A DNA stretch of 64,000 bases, from positions 142,969-206,968 of the forward strand of contig CAXXHG010000008.1 of NCBI GenBank assembly GCA_963666315.2, given 5' to 3'. The position numbers were made by a program, and so were the translations under genes. Numbering within the stretch: position 1 is the first letter of the stretch; each line of letters begins with the position of its first letter. Origin of the DNA: Candidatus Binatia bacterium (GTDB lineage Bacteria; Desulfobacterota; Binatia; Bin18). The notes under the pieces were generated by a model. That model was not told the origin of the DNA and did not search any database. It saw only the letters and a list, made by a program, of their open reading frames with translations. This document shows positions 9,660 to 20,231 of this stretch, in pieces.

Positions 9660-10835
9660 TCAAGCGAGCCCGAAAAACCGGACCGAAGCATCCCCTAACA
9701 GGCCGTTGCGAGCTTCCGGCGTGTGGAGGCTTCCGGCGAGGTGAGCAAGATGTTCCATGTAGTTTCCTGGGTGGTCTGGATGCGGAAAATCCGACGCCCA
9801 GCCGAATTGATTCGGGCCGAAGTCCTCGATCGTTTTTGCCCACGCCGTTTCGTCCGGATCGCCACCCACAAAGCATTGCTTAGCGAAAGTCTCCTTCGGT
9901 CGAGTGGTTATCTTGATGCCGCGCTCACCGACCTGAGTATCGAAGACCGCTTCTATCTTATCGAGCAAGGAGGGGACCCAACCCGCACCACCTTCAAAGA
10001 AGCCGACGCGAAGTCTAGGGAAACGCTCGAACAGCCCGTACTGAAACATATCCACGAGTGCGATTTCCATCGCTAATCTGCCGCTCAGTACCGACAATAG
10101 AAATTGTCCACCGTCGTGCAAGATTTTGGGCTCGATCCTGCTAAACGGCCGATATTCGCGGCGTTCACCCGACACGTGGATGCAAACAGGCACATCCAGA
10201 TCCTGCGCTGCTGCATAAAAGGGATCCCATTCCGTATCCCCCAAGGGCAATCTCCGGACATTAAAGGTCACGATCATTGCGCCTTTCGCTCCTGCCTGAA
10301 CCGCCGTCTTCAGGTCTTCCGCCGCTACCTTGGGGTCCCCAAGAAAGCAGTGAGCTATCGGCACAAGTCGCCCCTTGCTACCGGAGCAGAAATCAATCAC
10401 CCAACGATTGTAGGCCCGGCACATTGCATGGGCCAACTCGATATCGGTGATGTGGGTGTTCCAGAGCAGCCCGAGGGAGGTGAATATAGCGGTATATTTG
10501 AGACCCTCAGCGTCAGCTCGGGCCAGTCGAGCCGCGGGGATGTAGCCAGCCGGATCAGCATCCCCCGGCCATTCCATCTTCAATCCATCCATTTCCGCGA
10601 GTGATCGACCCATACCCATGATCGCTTGCAGACTCTTGAGGTCACTGCCACGGAGGAACTGCCCGTCTAGCTGGAGATGCAGCCCTTCGGCAGTTCGACC
10701 GAAGCGTAGCCCCCGATCCTTATACTTGGCTTCCATAAGGTCGCCTGTCCACAGATCGGCCGGTTCAATGATATGACCGTCGGTGTCCATGATACCGTAG
10801 TTTCCGGTATAGAGTTCAGTTGCTGTCAATGTCAT
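9660..10835 (-). CDS. amidohydrolase (Amidohydro_2 family)
   Basis: DTDGHIIEP, RAYNRW, FERFPRL..FEGGAGW, WASDFPHPD. Confidence 0.9.
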   Translation of the reverse strand: MTLTATELYTGNYGIMDTDGHIIEPADLWTGDLMEAKYKDRGLRFGRTAEGLHLQLDGQFLRGSDLKSLQAIMGMGRSLAEMDGLKMEWPGDADPAGYIPAARLARADAEGLKYTAIFTSLGLLWNTHITDIELAHAMCRAYNRWVIDFCSGSKGRLVPIAHCFLGDPKVAAEDLKTAVQAGAKGAMIVTFNVRRLPLGDTEWDPFYAAAQDLDVPVCIHVSGERREYRPFSRIEPKILHDGGQFLLSVLSGRLAMEIALVDMFQYGLFERFPRLRVGFFEGGAGWVPSLLDKIEAVFDTQVGERGIKITTRPKETFAKQCFVGGDPDETAWAKTIEDFGPNQFGWASDFPHPDHPGNYMEHLAHLAGSLHTPEARNGLLGDASVRFFGLA

Positions 10836-10886
10836 ATAAGACCTTCCTTTCGGCACGAGATCGAGGTTGGTGGGGGACACCACCAA

Positions 10887-12271
10887 CTAGCGCCGGCCGC
10901 TGACCATATTGCGCAGTGAGTAAAACTGCTTGGCGCGTCCTGGAGAGAAATCTTTCATCATCACATAGCAATGGGAGTGAAGGTGGCATGCGGCTTCTTG
11001 GCGTTGATATCCGTTTCCCCCAAGTGAATGAGCACGCGGTGCCCGACGTTGTTCGAGAAATCTAATTGCATATAGGGCGCTTGCTGAGTCACCTCGTCGG
11101 CATAGCTCTCGGAATACTTCAAAAAATGCTGGTTCATACGTAAGAGCTGATCATCTTGTCGATCGAAGCCGAACATCCATAGCGTCCAGAACGTCTCTGT
11201 ATCGATAAACACAATCTTGTGGCTGTAAGGGTGGTTTTTAGCTTTAGGCTCTATCAAGAGGACATGACTCTCGCGTACTTCCCAGCGGGCTTTGTTCGGC
11301 ACCCAGAGGTGCGGGCCGCCCGCCTCGGGGTTGTCACGCACATTGATCGTGGCCAGAACCGCTCTTTTACCCAAATAAATCCAGTTGTGCTCGTATACCT
11401 TCCCGCCGAATCCCATGGCGTCTTCCATGGTGTAATCCATGCCCATCAACTCGCTCGTGCGCTCGGAGGCCAGCGTACGTCGGGGCTTGCGCTGCGCGGG
11501 CATATACAGCCAGCCGGCATCTTCTTTGTAGTGGTCCACATAGGTTTTGGTGAGCGTCTTGGCGCCAGCCATATCCCGCGGCGAGCGGAACTCCATGAGC
11601 TGTTTGGTTCTTATCTCTTCATAGCCCGGCACTAGACAGTGGGCACCCTGGGCGTATCGGGAGCTCAGGGCGGTAAACTCCAACTTCCGGTCGAGCTGCC
11701 CGTTCTCACTCCGCAACCAGGCTACCATCGGCATGACGTAGCCCTCGGCTCCAGGCCGCCAGAGCATATTCCAAACGACTTTATGGGCCGCGCGCGGATC
11801 GTCGGCTGTGATATCCGCAAAGGGAAATCCTCCACCGGTAAACCCCACCAGGACACCACGCTCATCCAACGTGTAGTCGGAGGGGACATTCTTGCCCCAC
11901 TCCGCTGGCGGCGGGTAGTGTCCGGTTGCCGCAATCTCCATGTCCAGGCCGTCAAAAAAGTAGTACTCCCACGCCGACTGGGGAATGAGCGCCTCTAGCA
12001 CATTTTTGCGGTCTTTCTGCGTGAGATGTTGGCCGGGCGTCACCGTCTTGGCATCGGGCTGATAATGCTCAATCCAGTATCGCAGAGCCTGATAGCTCTG
12101 ATCCCCCTGAACCCTCAGGTCTCTCTCGTCCTTCTGATCACTCTGGTCATGGGCCGCATGAGATACGGTTGGCAGTATCCAGAGACTGCTTATTATAAGT
12201 GCAAGGGCGCTCATCAAGAGGCGCTGAAGAAGATGGACACGTAGCTGCTGCGGTCTGGCTCGTTCTTCCAT
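10887..12271 (-). pseudogene. DUF1329 family periplasmic protein, frameshift near 10975
   Basis: GFPF, PRDMAG, WLYMPAQRKPRR, WEVRE, HPYS.K..FID.ET; C-terminus HCYV...FYSLRNMVSGRR* lies in another frame. Confidence 0.75.
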
Positions 12272-12644
12272 GTTGTCCTTCCATGATGTACGGATGAGGA
12301 AAATCCTGTACCTATTCACTTCTCTCTACTCAAGACATATTGATTACATTCCCGAGAGTCAACCAATGGCAAACTCGTGGAGTTATGTATCGTATGAATT
12401 GGTGCACGTGGCGTGCTTGGCCTGACTCGATCCTATCTTTGCGCTCTCATCGCCCCCGTGTATGGTTATCGACGTGAACAGCCAAGTCCAGAGCCTGCCG
12501 TCTGGCACCTACCAGGCAGAAGATACACCCCTGACCCAAGTCCGCACTGGCTCTCATCCACACGGCTGCGGCTCCTGCTTGACCTGATTGCAGCTCCACC
12601 GGATCCAGTTGAACAACGAGCGACCCTGGTCATTGTCCAACTTG

Positions 12645-13226
12645 GTTGGTCACTATACCCCCGCATCTCGTCTCGCATCCGCAATGCCGCATACAGTGTC
12701 CGCTGCGGATGGTCCTCATGCGCAATCGGCGCACCGAACAAGGCAAAGATGCCGTCGCCCAAGGCTTACGCCACATACCCGTCATAGCGATGCACGACAT
12801 CCATCATCAGTTGCAAGGCCGGGTCGATAATCGCACGGGCGTCTTCGGGGTCGAGCCCCTCGATGAGGGCGGTAGAACCTTTGAGGTCCGCAAACAGGGC
12901 GGTGATGGTTTTCGGCTCGCCATCTGCTGCGCCACGGGATTCCATCGCTTGCTGTTCGGCGCGGATACGCTCGGCCAGATGGGGGGGTGTAGGTTGAGGG
13001 GGGTTGGGGGCTGAGAGGACGGTGGTGGCGCGCCGGCGGCTCCCACCCAGACTAACACCTCGCCATCTTTATCGACTGCAAGCTCTTGCCCTTTGATAAG
13101 TTCAAACTTGAGATCGTCCAGCGCCTCATCATCCAGGGCAAACGGGCGCTTGAGCGTCCGGTAAGTCAGTCGTCCTTGACTCTGCAGTAAGGCTTTCGCT
13201 TGCTCTATAATCGCAACAAAATCCAT
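12645..13226 (-). pseudogene. cyclase-AAA-TPR remnant 3 (N-terminus plus part of cyclase domain)
   Basis: MDFVAIIEQAKALLQSQGRLTYR..., TITALFADLKGST, GDGIFALFGAPIAHEDHPQR; frameshift and in-frame stop. Confidence 0.85.
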
Positions 13227-13369
13227 GCACGTGCAGCGGCGGCGGTGGATTGTATAGGAGTGCGACCGCGAGGGATAGACGCTGTCTTAAGCATTCATAG
13301 AGGCGTACGGACTCGATTTGCAGAGAAACGGAACACCCAGTGACTTTTCTTTTTTTCTGCCGTGCTGGT

Positions 13370-13431
13370 CATAATGCGCGTTATCAGCCGTAATTTCAGC
13401 CCCACAACATTGACTGAGCAGCGGGCTTATC
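13370..13431. repeat. 62-bp repeat copy B with dif-like core
   Basis: Direct repeat of 1543-1604. Confidence 0.65.
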
Positions 13432-13709
13432 TGCCTCGACGCGACGCGCAGCCGGTGCGGAGTGGGGGAGGTCAGGGCAAGCGAGTGTGGAGGCTGGACC
13501 ACCGGAGCAGTGAGCGCAGCGCTGCTGTAGCGGAAAGCGAAGGTGGACGCAACGTGACGCGCGGCGGCAAACATAGTAAACAATAACTGCAATGGCCCGG
13601 TGGCAGCCCCTTCTACCTTGCTTTCGTACTCCGGTGTATGGGTGGATTTGCCGAAGGCGTAGGCGTCGCTGGACTGATGCTCGCAACTTCGACGTACGCC
13701 GTTTGGTGC

Positions 13710-14921
13710 CTACAGCGGTGACCCACTAGGCAGCCCGACCAAGGTGCGTCCGTATGCCTCCATACCCGACTCGAATTGGAGGGCGAGATGTTGGCCGACC
13801 GCATGCGTGTCGCGCCAAATCCGCTGCACAGGGTGCTGGAGATACAGGGCCCGGCCGCCGCTTAACTCAAACAGTCGATCTACGATTCGGGTGGATTGCC
13901 GCACGATATAGCTGCGCCAGGCATAGTATCGGGCCCGCGCCTGCTCTGTAGGTACCTGTCGCTCATGGCCATACATAGCCATGAGTTCCTCGGCGTACCG
14001 GAGCATCAGCCCTTCCAGCGCGTCGAGTGTTGTGGAGCCTTCGGCCAAGGCGATCTGGGCAGCGGCCGTCCCGGGCGGGGGGGTGTCGCTCGTGCCGTAT
14101 ATGGGGACGCGTGTCTGCGTCCACTGCTGAAAATGCGCAATAGCCGACCGCGCAGACCCGACGGCTGCCGGCACCAGCGAGAGACCTAGGGTGGGTATAA
14201 AAGGAAGCTGATACAACGGCCCTGGATGCAACTGTTGCCCAGGCGAGGCACCGGTCCGTTCCGCACGCTCTAACCAGTAGACCCGGTGGTGGGGCACGAA
14301 CGCGTCTTCTACGACGATCGTATTACTATCGGTGCCCTGCATGCCCACGACATGCCACTGGTCGTTGAGGCGGTAATCCGTCTTAGGAAGAAACAGCATA
14401 GTCCATTCGGGGGGCGCGTCCTGCTCCGGGGCAATGCGTGCCCCGACCGCGACCCAATCGCTGCACCACAATCCGCTCAAAAAGCTCCACTTGCCACTGA
14501 GTTGGTATCCCCCGGGGACCTCGTGAACGATGCCCATAGGAGCGAACGAGTCGGCCATCAGCACGGTCGAATCTTTTCCCCAGATCTCGTGTTGCAATTC
14601 AGGTTCGACATAGCCGATCCAGAAATTATGGATGCCCAAAATACAAAACACCCAGCCGGTTGAGGTATCGCCCTTGGCAATCTCAGTCGCCACCTGTACG
14701 AAGGTCCCTAAGTCTAGCTCATACCCTCCCCAGTGGGTCGGCTGGAGGATGCGGAGTAACCCGGAGTCTCTCATCGCGTGCATGAGGTCCTCGGGCAGTC
14801 GGCGTTGCTGTTCGATTGCCTGCGCTCGCTCCGCAGCCATCTGCGCGATCCCATGGGCGCGTTCAAGCAAGGAGTCCAACGTCATTTTGGGTTGTTGATT
14901 CTCGCGCATGCCTTCCCTCAA
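13710..14921 (-). CDS. acyl-CoA dehydrogenase-fold flavin-dependent hydroxylase (HsaA/C2-like)
   Basis: LLRILQP..WGG.E, STGWV, LSGKWSFLSG, WHVVGMQGTDS, HPVQRIWRD.H. Confidence 0.85.
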   Translation of the reverse strand: MREGMRENQQPKMTLDSLLERAHGIAQMAAERAQAIEQQRRLPEDLMHAMRDSGLLRILQPTHWGGYELDLGTFVQVATEIAKGDTSTGWVFCILGIHNFWIGYVEPELQHEIWGKDSTVLMADSFAPMGIVHEVPGGYQLSGKWSFLSGLWCSDWVAVGARIAPEQDAPPEWTMLFLPKTDYRLNDQWHVVGMQGTDSNTIVVEDAFVPHHRVYWLERAERTGASPGQQLHPGPLYQLPFIPTLGLSLVPAAVGSARSAIAHFQQWTQTRVPIYGTSDTPPPGTAAAQIALAEGSTTLDALEGLMLRYAEELMAMYGHERQVPTEQARARYYAWRSYIVRQSTRIVDRLFELSGGRALYLQHPVQRIWRDTHAVGQHLALQFESGMEAYGRTLVGLPSGSPL

Positions 14922-15029
14922 TTTTGTCAGCGCAGCGTTTATTCCATGTCTACTAGGAATTGATCAGTCATTGAGTCACCTTCGCACTCCGCACTGGGAT
15001 CTTGCAATCGTCCCCGCCAGCTGTTCACT

Positions 15030-16268
15030 CTAAGCTTTGCTGTGGCCCTGATCGCCTGAATCGGCGGCGTCGAGTTCGGGAAGCACCTGGGTCAGGAACA
15101 CGCCCAGCTCATCGAGCATGAGCTCCTTGGGGCAATGCGCGTAATGCCAGATGAGCGTGATGTATTCGCACGGCAGCCTGTCGTAGATATCGCGCCATTG
15201 CGCCTTGAGCTGCTCCACGGTTCCGCCCAGGAAAATGCCGCTGTCCTTCATGCTCTGCACAGTGGCGTCTGTATTGTCGAACTTCGGTATGCCATCGTAA
15301 AACGTTGAGTAATGCTGTACCCACATTTCGTAATCGTAGCGCAGCAACTTGCCGGTGAATTCCGCTTCGTTTCGACCTAGATGAATCCAGCGCGCGATAT
15401 TCTGTCGTGCGCCGAGTGCGTATTCCGATCCGGCGGCCCGCGCCTCTTCAACATACAGCGTGGCGAATTCAACTAAGGTATCGAGACCGGTGAAGTAGGT
15501 TGGCCGAAATCCATGTTGGGCCAGAAAGGGAACCGAGGCGGCACTGCCGCTCATTGGTACGAAGACCGGGGGATACGGATCGCTATACGGACTCGGAACC
15601 ACACTCACTCGTCTGATCGCGCCGTCGGGTCCGAGTTCTCCCAGCGCGCCCGCCGTCTCGATACTCTTACGCGCAGGGTAACCCTGGATGCCGGTTTCAT
15701 ATGGATAGGGAATCTCGTAATGGGACTCTTTAGTCTCCACCGATTCCTGCTGCCAGCACTGCAGTAAGATGCGCGTGCGCTCCTCGAACAGCTCACGGTT
15801 TCTTCGGTCAGCCGCGCTGCCATCGGAAAGGGTCGCAACGGCCCCGAAATGTTGACCCAGGATATCCATCCAGCGCGACTGGTAGCCACGTGTCAGGCCG
15901 ACGAAGAAGCGGCCATTGGTCATGTGATCGAGGATGGCCGTTTCCTCGGCGACCCGGATCGGATCACGGGTCGCCATCACATAGCCCAACGCGCCCACGT
16001 AGGCATGCTTGACCTGGGTGGCCCACCAGGCGTTCAGCACCCCGGGATTAGGGCCGACTTCGTATCCCTCGGAGTGGAGGTGGTGCTCGATCGTACTGAT
16101 CCCCCAAACGCCCATCTCGTCGAGTTCCTTGACGAGGCCGAGTGTTTCATGCAGCACCTGATGATACACCTCGCGATTGCGTCCAAGCGGACGCTTGCGT
16201 TCACGATCTGCCCGGTCTTCGGCAGGAAGCACGGGATAGATTTGGACAATCACTTTGGGAGTTGCCAT
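15030..16268 (-). CDS. LLM-class flavin-dependent oxidoreductase
   Basis: IEHHLHSEG, DPIRVAEETAILDH, GRFFVG..RGYQ. Confidence 0.9.
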   Translation of the reverse strand: MATPKVIVQIYPVLPAEDRADRERKRPLGRNREVYHQVLHETLGLVKELDEMGVWGISTIEHHLHSEGYEVGPNPGVLNAWWATQVKHAYVGALGYVMATRDPIRVAEETAILDHMTNGRFFVGLTRGYQSRWMDILGQHFGAVATLSDGSAADRRNRELFEERTRILLQCWQQESVETKESHYEIPYPYETGIQGYPARKSIETAGALGELGPDGAIRRVSVVPSPYSDPYPPVFVPMSGSAASVPFLAQHGFRPTYFTGLDTLVEFATLYVEEARAAGSEYALGARQNIARWIHLGRNEAEFTGKLLRYDYEMWVQHYSTFYDGIPKFDNTDATVQSMKDSGIFLGGTVEQLKAQWRDIYDRLPCEYITLIWHYAHCPKELMLDELGVFLTQVLPELDAADSGDQGHSKA

Positions 16269-16377
16269 TGTATGCTCCTTCGCGCTGATGCAGCGAACTA
16301 AGGGCGACTAGTCCAGAGCCCAGGTTGTGTTAGCATACCCCCACTGCGTGTAATGGCAACGTGTCCGGTGTGCTTGT

Positions 16378-18309
16378 ATGAAAATAGAAATCAGCCGCGT
16401 GGAAAGCGTCTTTGAGGGGATGTCATTCGGTAGCGCCGGCACGTATGAAAAAATCGCAGGCCGGGCGTTTGGCGCAGTGGATCCCGCCCAGCGGCGCAAC
16501 CAAGAAATCGTCAATCTCGACAAGGCGCCGAAGAACGCCGCAGGCCGAGTGGAATACTCGGTGGATTTCTGTCTGCTGAAACCTACCGATATCAGCAAGA
16601 GTAATCGACGCATTCTCTACGACACGTCCAATCGCGGTGACAAGCTCGCACTGATCGACATCAACGATGCGCAGAAAGGCCCGACCTCAAACGATCCAAC
16701 AACCGGCGTCGATGCCGGCAACGGCTTCCTCATGCGACAGGGATACGTGATCTTGTTCAGCGCATGGCAGGGAGATGTTCAGCCGGGAGAGGATCACATG
16801 GTCGCTCACTATCCGGTTGCGACCAACAACGGCGAGCCCATCGTGGCAGCCTCACGCGAGGAAGTGATATTCGGCCATACCAATAGCCCGGCAATCGCAC
16901 CGCTTACGTATCCAGCCAATACGTTGGATCAGGGCGGTGCTACACTGACGGTCAGACAACACGAGAAGGACGCGCGAGCGTCGGTCCCGGCGCAGCACTG
17001 GCGCTATCGTTCACCCACGCAAATCGAAATCTACCTGGTTGATGGCTTTGATGCCGGTGCCCTGTACGAGTTCATCTACCTCGCCCGGGATCCGATCGTC
17101 ATGGGCCTCGGATTCGCTGCCGTGCGTGACATCGTAGCGTTCATGCGCTACGCAGAGCATGACGACGCTGGCCAGCCGAACCCACTCACTCTCCACGCAC
17201 ATGGGCCGGCTATCGATCATGTCCTTGCGTACGGGCGGTCGCAGCCGGGTCGCTTCCTGCGCGAGTTTTTACGTCTAGGATTTAATGAGGAGCCAGACGG
17301 CCGGAAGGTTTTCGACGGCATATACGCCAGTATCGCAGGGTCGCGACGTATTTTCCTCAATCACCCGTTTGCGCAACCTGGACGATTTCACCGCCAACAC
17401 GAAGACCATCTGTTTCCTGGAGACCAGTTTCCATTCACCTACGCGACACGCACTGATTCGATCAGTGGCAAGACCGATGGTATTCTTGCCCGCAGCCTGG
17501 CTTCCACCGCCTGTCCGAAGATCATACACGTCGATTCGAGCACTGAGTTCTGGCTGGGGCGAAGTTCACTCATCGTGACTGACGAAAACGGCGAGGACAT
17601 TCCGGTGCCCGATGATGTGCGTGTCTATCTGTTCTCCGGGACCGGCCATGCGGGACCAATCATGCTGAATCACAACGCGGCTTTTTCGCAGAATCCCACC
17701 TATCCGATGAATCTCCTGAACTATAATCCGCTGAATCGATCGTTGCTGGTGGCGCTGGACGAATGGGCCACCCAGGGGATACCACCGCCCGCAAGCCGCT
17801 TTCCCCTTTCTGGCGACGGCACCCTCGTACCACCGCTGCCGCAAACTACATTTGGCTTTCCCGATATCCCTGGGGTCAGGTATCCCGGACTTGTGAACGA
17901 ACTTTCCGAAATGGATTACAGCCAGCAGCCTCCCAGGCCCATTCCCGGTCATGACTACCTGGTCTTGGTACCTAAAGTCGATGCGGACGGGAATGAGAGA
18001 GCAGGCATACGCTTGCCCGACATCAGTGTGCCTCTCGGGACGCACACTGGTTGGAATATACGCGGAGCGGGATTTTCCCAAGGGGTATTAATGCTGGTCG
18101 GGTCATACTTTCCGTTCGCTGCTACTGCCGAAGAACGACTGGCAAATGGCGATCCCAGGCCCTCGCTTGAAGAACGCTATCCCGGTCACAAACACTACGT
18201 TGAGGCCGTTACACGCGCCGTTGCCGAGCTGCAAGAAGAACGCTTGTTACTGGCCGAAGACGCGGAGCGCTATGTCGCAACAGCCGCCGCTGCGCCAGTC
18301 GGCGGCTAG
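16378..18309 (+). CDS. alpha/beta hydrolase domain protein (large Abhydrolase_10-like family)
   Basis: FG.AG.YE, NRG, GRSQPGRFLR, VDADGNE.AGIRLP, GDPRPSLEERY. Confidence 0.8.
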   Translation: MKIEISRVESVFEGMSFGSAGTYEKIAGRAFGAVDPAQRRNQEIVNLDKAPKNAAGRVEYSVDFCLLKPTDISKSNRRILYDTSNRGDKLALIDINDAQKGPTSNDPTTGVDAGNGFLMRQGYVILFSAWQGDVQPGEDHMVAHYPVATNNGEPIVAASREEVIFGHTNSPAIAPLTYPANTLDQGGATLTVRQHEKDARASVPAQHWRYRSPTQIEIYLVDGFDAGALYEFIYLARDPIVMGLGFAAVRDIVAFMRYAEHDDAGQPNPLTLHAHGPAIDHVLAYGRSQPGRFLREFLRLGFNEEPDGRKVFDGIYASIAGSRRIFLNHPFAQPGRFHRQHEDHLFPGDQFPFTYATRTDSISGKTDGILARSLASTACPKIIHVDSSTEFWLGRSSLIVTDENGEDIPVPDDVRVYLFSGTGHAGPIMLNHNAAFSQNPTYPMNLLNYNPLNRSLLVALDEWATQGIPPPASRFPLSGDGTLVPPLPQTTFGFPDIPGVRYPGLVNELSEMDYSQQPPRPIPGHDYLVLVPKVDADGNERAGIRLPDISVPLGTHTGWNIRGAGFSQGVLMLVGSYFPFAATAEERLANGDPRPSLEERYPGHKHYVEAVTRAVAELQEERLLLAEDAERYVATAAAAPVGG

Positions 18310-18380
18310 CGGTCTGGGCCAGATTCTGTAAATTCATTTTGAGGAAGAATAACACCTACATATGAGTGAGAAGGGGACAG

Positions 18381-18911
18381 ATGCCAAAGCAAATCCGCCG
18401 GATTTTGACCGGTCACAATGCCTCAGGAAAATCGATCATCGCTGAAGACACCATGGCCACGAGTATTCTGGATCTAGAAGCAGTGCCAGGTCTGCGAGCC
18501 ACTGATCTATGGGAGACGACCACTGCACCTGCTGACCTGTCCAGTGCTGCCGACCCGGTTGATCGTCCTATGCATCTTGAACCCCAGCCGACTGGGACAA
18601 TCTGTCGAATCGTCGAGTTTCCGCCCGATGCAGCCTGGCAAGATAGTATTGATTCCAGCGGAGTCTTTTCCTCCATGAAGGCGGGCCATGCCGCCGACTC
18701 TACAAGCTCGACCCCGATGATGCATAAGACTGCCTCGGTAGACTACGCCATTGTACTGTCAGGCGAGATTTGGGCAGTCATGGACGAAGGCGAAACGTGC
18801 ATGCAGGCTGGTGACGTCCTCATCCAGCGGGCTACCAATCATGCCTGGAGCAATCGTTCGTCACAGCCAGCTCTGGTGCTTTTTGTTTTGGTTGGAGCAA
18901 AATCGGAGTAA
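18381..18911 (+). CDS. cupin domain protein
   Basis: RRILTGHN..GKS, MHKTASVDY, QRATNHAWSN; paralog of 353-880. Confidence 0.85.
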   Translation: MPKQIRRILTGHNASGKSIIAEDTMATSILDLEAVPGLRATDLWETTTAPADLSSAADPVDRPMHLEPQPTGTICRIVEFPPDAAWQDSIDSSGVFSSMKAGHAADSTSSTPMMHKTASVDYAIVLSGEIWAVMDEGETCMQAGDVLIQRATNHAWSNRSSQPALVLFVLVGAKSE

Positions 18912-19024
18912 AATACGCGCTTCCGTCATAAAATGAGCAGCATTCTTCAAGGGTCCCGCAATCTTATTTCCGGCCAGAAGATCGAAGCCCACAGAAGAAG
19001 ACATTAACCAGAGCGAGGAGAGCC

Positions 19025-20077
19025 ATGAAATTTGGCGTATTATACGATTTTCGCAACCCGCCCAAGAGCGAGTGGTTCACGCCCTGGCCGGAATTCTATT
19101 CTGGCGCGTTCGCTCACATGCAGGAGATGGAACGCTTGGGGTTTGATACGATCAGCCTTTGCGAACATCATGGAGACCCGGAAGGCTATAACCCGGGTAT
19201 TCTGGTGACGATGACTGCCGCCGCAATGCGCACCCAGCGGGTGCGTATCTGTTCGAACATCATTCAGCTGCCGTTCCACCATCCGGTGCTGCTGGCCGAA
19301 CAGCTCGCCGTGCTCGACATTCTCTCCCACGGACGCTTGGACGTCGGCGTCGGCCAGGTCGGGCAAACGTTCGACATGGAGTTCGCGATGCTGGGGCTGA
19401 ACCCCCGGCACCGGCCCAGCCGCCTCGAAGAAGGTCTAGAGATCCTGCAGCGCTGCTGGACCGAAGATCAGCCTTTTGCGTTCCATGGCAAGCACTGGGA
19501 TCTCGCCGGCGTCTGGCTCAATCCGAAGCCGTTGCAGCGACCGCACCCGCCCACCTTTGTCGTGGCGGTGTTTTCCGCCAAGGCGATGGATCGAGTGGCG
19601 CGCCTGGGTTTTGATGTCGGAGGCTGGGGCGGCTTCTTCACGGGTCTTACGGGGGGTGACGTGTGGCAGCAGTGGCGGCGGGACTGGCGGGCGGCGTGCG
19701 AGCGCAACGGCCGCAGCCCCGAGTACGCCAAGATCAACACCTTCGGGAGTTGCTTTGTCACCGACGACCCGGAGCAGGCATGGGCAGAACACCGAGAGGG
19801 GGCGTTTGCGAGCTTCCACTACGAGCGCCAGGGGGTCCATCCGTATAGCGCCCTGCTGATGGAGACGGTGCCGGAGAAGCCGGAGGACCTGCCCAACTGG
19901 CAACGACTCTTCATGAACCCCGATCAGGCGATTACGGAGTTGCGCGAGGTCTTCGCGGACGGAGCGCCTGACGAGCTCCACTTGATGGCAAAGCGGTCGG
20001 GGATGAGCTGGAGGCAGTCCGCACAGTATCTCCAGAACTTTGCCGAAAAGGTGATGCCAGCGGTACAGGATTTATAG
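19025..20077 (+). CDS. LLM-class flavin-dependent oxidoreductase
   Basis: MKFG..YDFRNP, CEHH, HPVLLAEQLAVLDILSHGR, PKPLQRPHP. Confidence 0.9.
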   Translation: MKFGVLYDFRNPPKSEWFTPWPEFYSGAFAHMQEMERLGFDTISLCEHHGDPEGYNPGILVTMTAAAMRTQRVRICSNIIQLPFHHPVLLAEQLAVLDILSHGRLDVGVGQVGQTFDMEFAMLGLNPRHRPSRLEEGLEILQRCWTEDQPFAFHGKHWDLAGVWLNPKPLQRPHPPTFVVAVFSAKAMDRVARLGFDVGGWGGFFTGLTGGDVWQQWRRDWRAACERNGRSPEYAKINTFGSCFVTDDPEQAWAEHREGAFASFHYERQGVHPYSALLMETVPEKPEDLPNWQRLFMNPDQAITELREVFADGAPDELHLMAKRSGMSWRQSAQYLQNFAEKVMPAVQDL

Positions 20078-20231
20078 CTCATGAGCAATGGTTTTGGGTG
20101 ACAAACTCAGAATTTTCAGCTCCATCATATTCCCATACGCCTAGAACCCCAGCATTCGTCCTAAACATCCGTCTTAGAAATCAATCTCTTAGAAACTCAG
20201 CCTCAGCACTAGATGACGGGACACCTTCGTA

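Noticed and set aside
12975-13015. Frameshift in the C-rich N-terminal linker as programmed slippage
   Set aside because: It lies in homopolymer runs of an already truncated gene and cannot be distinguished from decay or sequencing error.
20095-20215. Low-complexity AACTCAG/TTAGAA-like repeats between convergent genes
   Set aside because: Too degenerate to define a repeat unit or structure.
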